Shown: positions 47,698 to 55,157 of the stretch, piece after piece
Layout of the letters: the number at the start of each line of letters is the position of its first letter
Numbering within the stretch: position 1 is the stretch's first letter
From: Clostridia bacterium
Lineage (GTDB): Bacteria; Bacillota; Clostridia; TANB77; CAG-508
Assembly (NCBI GenBank): GCA_045643205.1
Contig: JAZUKI010000001.1
Span: forward strand, 1 to 55,157
Reading direction: 5' to 3'
DNA length: 55,157 nucleotides
Notes under the pieces: generated by a model
Databases searched by the model: none
The model's input: the letters and a program-made list of their open reading frames with translations, nothing else
Told to the model about the DNA's origin: nothing
Made by a program: the position numbers and the translations under genes

Positions 47698-49710
47698 ATG
47701 AATTTGGTAGGAAATACAATAGGTAATAGATACGAAGTTCTAGAAGAAGCCGGAATCGGCGGAATGGCAACTGTTTACAAAGCAAAAGATCATGTTTTGA
47801 ACAGAGATGTTGCTGTTAAAATTTTGAAGGATGAGTTTACTACAGATGTAGACTTTATAAAAAGATTTAATTCAGAAGCTCAATCTGCAGCAAGTTTATC
47901 TCATGCTAACATTGTTTCTATATATGATGTAGGACATGAGGAAGAAGACAATTTATATTATATTGTCATGGAGTTAATTAAAGGAAAAACTCTTAAACAA
48001 ATTATTACTAAAGATGAAAAGTTATCATGGAAATGGGCTTTAAATATTTCAATTCAAATTGCATCAGCTTTAGAAGTTGCTCATAAAAATGGAATTGTTC
48101 ATAGAGATATAAAACCACATAATATAATTATTACAGAAGATGGTGTAGCAAAAGTCATGGATTTTGGAATCGCTAAAGCTGTTTCAAATTCTACAATGAC
48201 TGCATTTGGTACAACAATTGGTTCAGTACATTATTTTTCACCAGAACAAGCAAAAGGAAGTTCAACTGATGATCGTTCAGACATTTATTCATTAGGTGTT
48301 GTAATGTATGAAATGTTAACAGGAAAAGTACCATTTGATGCAGATACACCAGTTTCAATTGCTTTGAAACATATGCAAGAAGATCCTAAACCAGCTATAG
48401 AAATTAATGAAAACATTCCTACAGCTGTAAATGATATTGTTATGAAAGCAATGCAAAAGGAACCTGAAAACAGATATCAATCAGCAACTGAAATGCTTGC
48501 AGATTTAAGTAAAGCATTGAAAGATCCTGAAGGAGATTTTGTTATTCTAGAAAATGAAGATGGTGGATATTCAAGAGTAATTAGAGGAGTAAAACCTGCT
48601 GATATTAAAAAGAGTAAACAAAATAATAGTAAGTTAAACAAAAATGCTAAAAAGCAAAATATATTCCAAAAATATCCTAAACTTAAAATACCAGTAGCTA
48701 TATTATCATTAGTTGCAATTTTCTTTATAGTATTTGGTGTAACAAAAATTGCTATTGATGGATTTGATTCAAGTGTAGAGATTCCAAATTTAATTGGAAT
48801 GAGTAAAGAAGATGCACAAAAAGCATGTGATGAAAAAGGATTAAAGTTCTTAATTGGAGAACCAATTGCAAGTAATGATATTGAAAAAGATAAAATTGCA
48901 AAACAAGATCCTGAATTTAAAAATGAAAAGAAAATAGAAAAAGGAACTGAAATAAAAGTTTCTATCAGTACAGGAAAAGAAGAACACGAACTTCCTGATT
49001 GGAAAGACAAAACAATAACTGAAGTTAAGACTGAAGCTGAAAAATTTGGTTTGATAATAAATGAAATTGAAGAATCAAGTGATAAAGTTGAAAAAGGTAG
49101 AGTAATTAGCACAGAAACAAAAGCAGGAGTTATTGTAACTTCAGGTGATACAATTAATGTTCATGTAAGCACAGGAAAGAAGAAAACAAAGGTACCATCA
49201 TTAATTGGAATCACAGAAAATCAAGCAAAGAACATGTTAACTAATGCTCATTTAAAAGCAAAAGTAGAATATGATACAGATGAATCACAACCTGATAAAA
49301 ATGGTTTAGTAATTAAACAAAGTGAAGAACAAGATGCAGAAGTTGATGAAGGAACAGAAATCACAATTACTATTAATGCAATTGATGAAAAGAAAACAAA
49401 ACTATCAGTAACAGTTAATGCAACATATACTGGTACAGAACCAACTGCATCAGCTAAATTAACAGTTAAGATTGATGCTAAAACAGCAGGAACAGAAACA
49501 GTTAATTTCACAGCAGCTTCAAAGAATAAATCATTTACTATAACAAATGAAATTACTAAAAAAGTTGAAATAACAGTTTGTGATGAAAAAGGTAATAGCA
49601 TTGGCGGACCAATAACTGTAGATCCATCAGAATGGTACGATGGAGTAGAAACTATTAAACAAGAAATAAATGTTACTATAAAAGGTACAAGTACAGATAA
49701 AAAAGAATAA
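47698..49710 (+). CDS. prkC: PASTA-domain Ser/Thr kinase (PrkC/PknB)
   Basis: GGMAxVY, VAVK, HRDIKP, DFG, SPEQ; TM; three PASTA repeats; C-terminal beta-rich domain. Confidence 0.95.
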   Translation: MNLVGNTIGNRYEVLEEAGIGGMATVYKAKDHVLNRDVAVKILKDEFTTDVDFIKRFNSEAQSAASLSHANIVSIYDVGHEEEDNLYYIVMELIKGKTLKQIITKDEKLSWKWALNISIQIASALEVAHKNGIVHRDIKPHNIIITEDGVAKVMDFGIAKAVSNSTMTAFGTTIGSVHYFSPEQAKGSSTDDRSDIYSLGVVMYEMLTGKVPFDADTPVSIALKHMQEDPKPAIEINENIPTAVNDIVMKAMQKEPENRYQSATEMLADLSKALKDPEGDFVILENEDGGYSRVIRGVKPADIKKSKQNNSKLNKNAKKQNIFQKYPKLKIPVAILSLVAIFFIVFGVTKIAIDGFDSSVEIPNLIGMSKEDAQKACDEKGLKFLIGEPIASNDIEKDKIAKQDPEFKNEKKIEKGTEIKVSISTGKEEHELPDWKDKTITEVKTEAEKFGLIINEIEESSDKVEKGRVISTETKAGVIVTSGDTINVHVSTGKKKTKVPSLIGITENQAKNMLTNAHLKAKVEYDTDESQPDKNGLVIKQSEEQDAEVDEGTEITITINAIDEKKTKLSVTVNATYTGTEPTASAKLTVKIDAKTAGTETVNFTAASKNKSFTITNEITKKVEITVCDEKGNSIGGPITVDPSEWYDGVETIKQEINVTIKGTSTDKKE

Positions 49711-49718
49711 TACAATAT

Positions 49719-49751
49719 AAATAAGGATGGTTTTTTAAATCATCCTTATTT
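49719..49751 (+). terminator. Hairpin/terminator between prkC and rpe
   Basis: AAATAAGGATG...CATCCTTATTT. Confidence 0.6.
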
Positions 49752-49766
49752 CAAAGGAGAGAAAAA

Positions 49767-50453
49767 ATGGAAATAGCAACTTCACTTTTGAGTGTTGAAA
49801 GAGTAAATTTTTCAGAAATAGCATATAGAATAGAAGCAGCTGGAACAAATTATTTTCATATAGATGTTATGGATGGAAAATTTGTAGAAAACAGTACAAT
49901 CAATTTAATGAAAGAATATGCAGATCAAATTTGTGGAATTAACAATACACCAATGGAAGTTCATTTAATGGTAGATAATGTAAAAGAATATGTCGATATG
50001 TTTCTACCAAATAATCCAAGAGAGATAGTTTTTCATATAGAAGCTTTAAAGAAAAAAGCAGAAAAAGAAAATACAATTTTTAAAGATGAAGTTATGGAAA
50101 TGATTAACTACATTAAAAGCGAAGGATCAAAGGTAGGTATTGCAATTAGTCCTGACACAGATATAAAAGAGGTTTATAAATTTTTACCATATATTCATAC
50201 AGTGCTTGTAATGACTGTTAATCCTGGATATGGTGGACAAACATTTATAGAAAATTGTGTTGCTAAAATTGATGAACTAAAAAAATATATAGATGATAAT
50301 AATTTGGAAAATGAAATTGAAGTTGATGGTGGAATTAACTTTGATACAATTATTAAGTGCAAAGAGGCAGGTGCTGAAAGAGCAGTAGTAGGAAGCTTTT
50401 TAATAAATGCAAAAGATTTAAATTATACAATGAACAAATTAAAAAATGCATAA
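49767..50453 (+). CDS. rpe: Ribulose-phosphate 3-epimerase
   Basis: HIDVMDGxFV, VHLMV, MTVNPGYGGQ, EVDGG. Confidence 0.93.
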   Translation: MEIATSLLSVERVNFSEIAYRIEAAGTNYFHIDVMDGKFVENSTINLMKEYADQICGINNTPMEVHLMVDNVKEYVDMFLPNNPREIVFHIEALKKKAEKENTIFKDEVMEMINYIKSEGSKVGIAISPDTDIKEVYKFLPYIHTVLVMTVNPGYGGQTFIENCVAKIDELKKYIDDNNLENEIEVDGGINFDTIIKCKEAGAERAVVGSFLINAKDLNYTMNKLKNA

Positions 50454-50551
50454 ATTAAAAAATATAGATAAAAAATAAATTTTAAATATAAATTAAGAAA
50501 CAAACAAAATTAAAATGGAATAAATTTAACATATAAATTTAAGGAGCAACA

Positions 50552-53305
50552 ATGAGCGAAGAAAAAAGTATTTATAATCAATCAATACAAGAAGTAGAAG
50601 AAAGATTTAAAACTGATATTGCACAAGGTTTATCTCAAGAAGAGGTTGAAAAGAGATTTGAACAATATGGAAAAAATGAAATTCAAGAATCAAAACATAC
50701 AGGAATAATTAAAAAGTTTTTAAATCAATTTAAAGATTTTATGATATTAATTTTAATAGTTTCAGCTATCATTTCAGGTGTTTTAAATACTGTAAATGGT
50801 GAGGGGATGACAGATACAATAATTATTTTAATAGTAGTTGTTGTTAATGCAATTATTGGAGTTGCACAAGAAGCAAAATCAGAAAAGTCAATGGAGGCAT
50901 TAAAACAAATGTCAGACCATATGGCTAAAGTACTTAGAAATGGAAAACAAGTAGTTGTTTCTGCTAAGGATTTAGTACCTGGTGATATCATATTTTTAGA
51001 TACAGGTGATTTTGTACCGGCTGATATTAGAATAGTTGAAGCAGTTAATTTAAAAATTCAAGAATCAGCATTAACAGGTGAATCAGTTCCTGTAGAAAAA
51101 ATTCCAGTAAAACTTGAAAAAGAAAAATTAGGTGTTGGTGATAGAAAAAACATGTCATTTTCTTCTTCACTTGTTACTTATGGTAGAGGAAAAGGAATTG
51201 TTATTGCAACTGGAATGAATACAGAAGTTGGTCAAATTGCCACAATGATAAATAATACAGTTGACGATAGAACACCACTTCAAATTAAGTTAGACCAATT
51301 AGGAAAAATATTAGGAATTTCTGCACTTGTAATTTGTGCAATCATTTTTGGAATTGGATTATTATATGGTAAACAACCATTTGAAATGTTTATGACTGCA
51401 GTAAGTTTAGCAGTTGCTGCCATTCCAGAAGGATTAGTCGCAGTTTCAACAATTGTTTTAGCAATTGGCGTTCAAAGAATGGCAAAACAAAGAGCTATTA
51501 TAAAGAAATTACCTGCTGTTGAAACATTAGGATCAACTTCAGTAATTTGTACAGATAAGACAGGAACTTTAACACAAAATAAAATGACAGTTAAAAAAGT
51601 TTGCTGGGACAACAAAATTGTAGATCTTGAAAAAATAAATATGAGTGAATTAAAAGATAAAAATTTAAATTCATTTGTTGATTTGAAAAGATTAACTTAT
51701 TGCGGAATGTTCTGCAATGATACCAAGATTGGTGCTGATAATTCATTAATTGGAGATCCAACTGAAACAGCATTGATAGATATGAGTTTTGAATTAGAGT
51801 TTGATGCATCAAAATTTGAAGAACATCCACGTATAAATGAAATACCATTTGATTCAGATAGAAAGCTTATGACAACAGTTAATAAGCATAAACAAAGATG
51901 GGTAGTTTACACTAAAGGTGGCATGGATGAATTAGTTTCAAAATGTAATTACTATGTTGTAAACAATGAAATAAAACCTAAAGATAGTGAATTTGAAAAA
52001 CAAATTGCTATATATAATTATGAAATGGCTAAAAATGCTTTAAGAGTTTTAGCGTTTGGTTATAAAGATTTTGATCATGAGCCAACAGATGAAGAAATGA
52101 AGAACATTGAAAATGATTTAATTTTTGTTGGTATGGTTGGAATGATTGATCCTCCAAGAATAGAAGTAAAAGCAGCAGTTGCAAGTTGTAAATCAGCAGG
52201 TATAAAAACAGTTATGATAACAGGTGATCATGTTACAACAGCTGTAGCAATAGCTAAAGAACTTGGAATAATAGAAGATGATTCAGAAGCAATAACAGGT
52301 GCAGAACTTGAAGAAATGAGCGATGAAGAATTGTTCAATAACATTACAAAATATGCAGTTTATGCAAGAGTTTCACCTAAACATAAAGTTAGAGTTGTCG
52401 AAGCATGGCAAAAAAGAAATGATATAGTTGCAATGACAGGTGATGGCGTAAATGATGCACCAGCACTAAAGACAGCTGATATTGGTTGTGCAATGGGAAT
52501 AACAGGAACTGAAGTTTCAAAGGAAGCAGCTGATGTTATTCTAACAGATGATAATTTTGCTACTATAGTTAATAGTGTAAGAGAAGGAAGAAGAATATTT
52601 GATAATATATCAAAAGCAATTTTATTTTTACTTTCAACAAACATAAGCGAAATTATTGTTATGCTTGTTATTACTTTAATTACTCCTTGGATAGTTGCAG
52701 AACATGGAATAGATGTTAATTTAGTACAAATATTTACAGCAGTTCAATTATTATGGTTAAACTTAGTTACAGATTCTTTACCAGCATTGGCGCTTGCTTA
52801 TGATCCAGCCGATAAAGAAGTTATGAATAGAAAACCAAGTAAGAAAAAAGGATTCTTTTCTAAGAGATTTTTATGGAGAGTATTATCTCATGGATTTGCT
52901 ATAGCATTAGTTGTAATAGTAGCATTCATACTTGGATTAAATGCATCAGAAGGCACAATAGAAAAAGCAATGACACAATATCCGGGATTAACAGTACCAG
53001 AGGCAAAACTTGAAATAGCACAAACAATGGCGTTTATAGTAATAATTTTTGCAGAATTTTTCCAAGTATTCACAATCAGAAACAATGAAAAATTGTTAGT
53101 TCAAACTGGAGTTGGTGGAAACAAAGTTTTATGGTTATCAATATTTATATCAGTAATGCTTGCATTAGTTGTTTTATTAATTCCAGCACTACAAGCATTA
53201 TTTGGAATAATATTATTACCAATGTCAGAGATATTAAAATGTATTGGATTAGCACTACTACCAGTAGTATTAATTGAATTAATGAAATTACTTAAAATAA
53301 ATTAA
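50552..53305 (+). CDS. Calcium-translocating P-type ATPase (type IIA)
   Basis: LTGES, AIPEGL, DKTGTLT, TGD, GDGVNDAP, LWLNLVTD. Confidence 0.93.
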   Translation: MSEEKSIYNQSIQEVEERFKTDIAQGLSQEEVEKRFEQYGKNEIQESKHTGIIKKFLNQFKDFMILILIVSAIISGVLNTVNGEGMTDTIIILIVVVVNAIIGVAQEAKSEKSMEALKQMSDHMAKVLRNGKQVVVSAKDLVPGDIIFLDTGDFVPADIRIVEAVNLKIQESALTGESVPVEKIPVKLEKEKLGVGDRKNMSFSSSLVTYGRGKGIVIATGMNTEVGQIATMINNTVDDRTPLQIKLDQLGKILGISALVICAIIFGIGLLYGKQPFEMFMTAVSLAVAAIPEGLVAVSTIVLAIGVQRMAKQRAIIKKLPAVETLGSTSVICTDKTGTLTQNKMTVKKVCWDNKIVDLEKINMSELKDKNLNSFVDLKRLTYCGMFCNDTKIGADNSLIGDPTETALIDMSFELEFDASKFEEHPRINEIPFDSDRKLMTTVNKHKQRWVVYTKGGMDELVSKCNYYVVNNEIKPKDSEFEKQIAIYNYEMAKNALRVLAFGYKDFDHEPTDEEMKNIENDLIFVGMVGMIDPPRIEVKAAVASCKSAGIKTVMITGDHVTTAVAIAKELGIIEDDSEAITGAELEEMSDEELFNNITKYAVYARVSPKHKVRVVEAWQKRNDIVAMTGDGVNDAPALKTADIGCAMGITGTEVSKEAADVILTDDNFATIVNSVREGRRIFDNISKAILFLLSTNISEIIVMLVITLITPWIVAEHGIDVNLVQIFTAVQLLWLNLVTDSLPALALAYDPADKEVMNRKPSKKKGFFSKRFLWRVLSHGFAIALVVIVAFILGLNASEGTIEKAMTQYPGLTVPEAKLEIAQTMAFIVIIFAEFFQVFTIRNNEKLLVQTGVGGNKVLWLSIFISVMLALVVLLIPALQALFGIILLPMSEILKCIGLALLPVVLIELMKLLKIN

Positions 53306-53328
53306 AAACAAACTAAATATGCAAAAAA

Positions 53329-53357
53329 TAAAAATCAGGATGATGTCCTGATTTTTA
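53329..53357. terminator. Bidirectional terminator
   Basis: TAAAAATCAGGA-tgatg-TCCTGATTTTTA between convergent genes. Confidence 0.85.
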
Positions 53358-53984
53358 TTTTTGTTTGTATTTACAATATTTTTTCAATTTACAATTTTCA
53401 CATCCTGGATTTTTTGATGAACAAATTTCTCTACCAAATAAAATAAATGTGTGATTAACATCTTTCCAATATTCTTTTGGAATATACTTTAATAAGTCTT
53501 TTTCTATTTTTAGTGGGTCTGTTTCTTTTGAAAGACCTAATCTTTGCGAAATTCTTGCAACATGGGTATCAACTGCAATACCCTGAGGATTGTCATAAGC
53601 ATCAAGTAGAATACAATTAGCTGATTTTCTGCCAACTCCAGGTAAGGTTTGCAATAGTTCCATATCATTAGGAACAATGCCATCATAATCTTCTTCAATT
53701 TTTTTACTAGCCAAAATTAAATTCTTAGCTTTATTTTTATAAAAACCAATTGAATGTATAAGTTCTTCTAAATCATTGATATTTGCTTTTGCCATTTGCT
53801 TTGAAGTTTTATATTTTTTAAATAGTGATGGTGTAACCATATTCACTCTAGCATCGGTACATTGAGCAGACAAACAAACTGCAACTAACATTTGAAAAGG
53901 TGTAGTAAAATCTAAGCTAGATTTAGCATTAGGATACAAATTTATAATTTCATTGGTTATTTGAACTGCTATTTTTTTATTCAT
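53355..53984 (-). CDS. nth: Endonuclease III
   Basis: LSAQCTD, LPGVGRKSA HhH, VDTHV, C-x6-C-x2-C-x5-C. Confidence 0.95.
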   Translation of the reverse strand: MNKKIAVQITNEIINLYPNAKSSLDFTTPFQMLVAVCLSAQCTDARVNMVTPSLFKKYKTSKQMAKANINDLEELIHSIGFYKNKAKNLILASKKIEEDYDGIVPNDMELLQTLPGVGRKSANCILLDAYDNPQGIAVDTHVARISQRLGLSKETDPLKIEKDLLKYIPKEYWKDVNHTFILFGREICSSKNPGCENCKLKKYCKYKQK

Positions 53985-54108
53985 AAATTTCCTCCAGAGC
54001 TTAAATTAAACATGGCAAAATACTTTAAAAGTACAATTTCAACATAATTATAGTACATTTTTTAATTTTTAAACAATAAATTGATAAAAAATCGAAAAAA
54101 CAGCCATT

Positions 54109-54167
54109 TGTAAAGCAAAAACACTTGACAAAAGAACAAAAAAGGTGTAAAGTAGTAGTGCTTTACA
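54109..54167 (+). promoter_or_regulatory. ylxM-ffh promoter with two palindromic operator-like sites
   Basis: TTGACA(54125)-17-TAAAGT(54148); TGTAAAG-N8-CTTGACA (54109-54130) and TGTAAAG-N8-CTTTACA (54146-54167). Confidence 0.75.
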
Positions 54168-54196
54168 AAAATTACTTTAAAGCAGGAGAATTGATT

Positions 54197-54544
54197 ATGG
54201 AAAAACACATAGAAGTTAGTATATTGTGGCAAATATATGGAAAACTTTTAACTGAAAAACAGTATGATGTTTTGAATGATTACTATAATGATGATTTATC
54301 TCTTTCTGAAATTGCAGAAAATAGTAACATATCAAGACAAGCTGTTCGTGACTTAATCAAGAAAGGAGAAACTAAACTTTTCGAATATGAAAAGTTATTA
54401 GGTATCATGGAAAAGACACAACAAAATGAGAAAACACTTCAAGATGCGCTCGAGAAACTCAGCAAGATTACTGATTATACATCAGACAAAAAGATCGCAA
54501 AAATCTTAAGTGAAGTACAAAAAGAATTAAGTTATATTTCATAA
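54197..54544 (+). CDS. ylxM: YlxM (UPF0122) HTH protein
   Basis: YGKLLTEKQ, YYNDDLSLSEIAE, SRQAVxD, YEKLLG; directly upstream of ffh; ATG after AGGAG. Confidence 0.92.
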   Translation: MEKHIEVSILWQIYGKLLTEKQYDVLNDYYNDDLSLSEIAENSNISRQAVRDLIKKGETKLFEYEKLLGIMEKTQQNEKTLQDALEKLSKITDYTSDKKIAKILSEVQKELSYIS

Positions 54545-54559
54545 TTAAAGGAGGAAACA

Positions 54560-55157
54560 ATGGCTTTTGAAGGGCTATCAGAAAAACTACAAGCTTTTAC
54601 TAGAAAACTTAGTGGTAAGGCAAGAATTTCAGAATCAGATTTAAATGAGATGCTTAGAGAAGTTAAACTTGCATTACTTGAAGCAGATGTTAACTATAAA
54701 GTTGTTAAAGAATTTATTAACAATATACATGATAAAGCATTAGGTCAAGATGTATTAAAGTCATTAACTCCAGGTCAACAAGTTGTAAAGATAGTTAAAG
54801 ATGAACTTATTGATTTACTTGGTGGTACAGATAGCAAAATAGCATTTACACCAAATCCACCAACAATAATTATGTTAGTTGGTTTACAAGGTTCTGGTAA
54901 AACTACTACAACTGGTAAGCTTGCTTACTTAATGAAGAATAAACTCAAGAAGAAAGTTCTTCTTGCTGCTGGTGACGTTTATCGTCCTGCTGCTATTGAT
55001 CAACTTGATACTTTAGCCAAGAATGTTGGCGTTGACTTGGTCAACATGGGCACCAAAGCTTCGCCTGTTGAAATTGCCAAAGCCGCAAAAGAAAAAGCAT
55101 TCAACGAACACTACGATGTTTTGATTATCGATACTGCTGGTCGTTTAGCAATTGATG
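54560..55157 (+). CDS. ffh: Signal recognition particle protein Ffh (3'-truncated by the window end)
   Basis: MAFEGLSEKL, ALLEADV, GLQGSGKTT, DVYRPAA, DTAGR; AAGGAGG RBS; absent from the ORF track because no stop lies in the window. Confidence 0.95.
   Translation, partial: MAFEGLSEKLQAFTRKLSGKARISESDLNEMLREVKLALLEADVNYKVVKEFINNIHDKALGQDVLKSLTPGQQVVKIVKDELIDLLGGTDSKIAFTPNPPTIIMLVGLQGSGKTTTTGKLAYLMKNKLKKKVLLAAGDVYRPAAIDQLDTLAKNVGVDLVNMGTKASPVEIAKAAKEKAFNEHYDVLIIDTAGRLAID

Noticed and set aside
1104-53085. Many short antisense or out-of-frame ORFs in the track (e.g. 2043-2264, 12910-13200, 20490-20957, 27488-27889, 48477-49112)
   Set aside because: They shadow well-supported genes and show no recognisable motifs.

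Overview
AT-rich chromosomal window from a low-GC Firmicute. Gene content and the non-canonical pilin leader (G|VSLISL) suggest an uncultured Clostridia lineage such as TANB77/CAG-269; this is inference. It opens with the 5S rRNA at the end of an rRNA locus and is mostly housekeeping on the + strand: leuS, rluD/rluB, hup, pgsA, tRNA-Leu(TAA), tRNA-Gln(CTG), gap-pgk-tpiA-gpmI, mtaB, mfd, aspS, rlmN-stp-prkC-rpe, a Ca2+ P-type ATPase, nth and ylxM-ffh. I saw no integrase, transposase, prophage or CRISPR array. The best candidate for an undescribed system is a convergent pair with host-like composition and no mobile-element context: a Replic_Relax (relaxase-like) gene at the end of the leuS operon and a VirD4/TraD-like coupling ATPase. 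A few kb away lies a TPR / mini-pilin / degenerate prepilin-peptidase cluster, and an OST-like GT-C membrane protein sits in the leuS operon. Other signals: a twice-repeated palindrome TGTAAAG-N8-CTT(T/G)ACA over the ylxM-ffh promoter, a probable chimeric junction inside ffh at the window end, variant catalytic motifs (LeuRS KMGKR, a TrxR lacking NADPH motifs, a GltD-like protein without its Fe-S domain), and degenerate tandem repeats just upstream of several RBSs. All family calls come from reading motifs, not from database searches.
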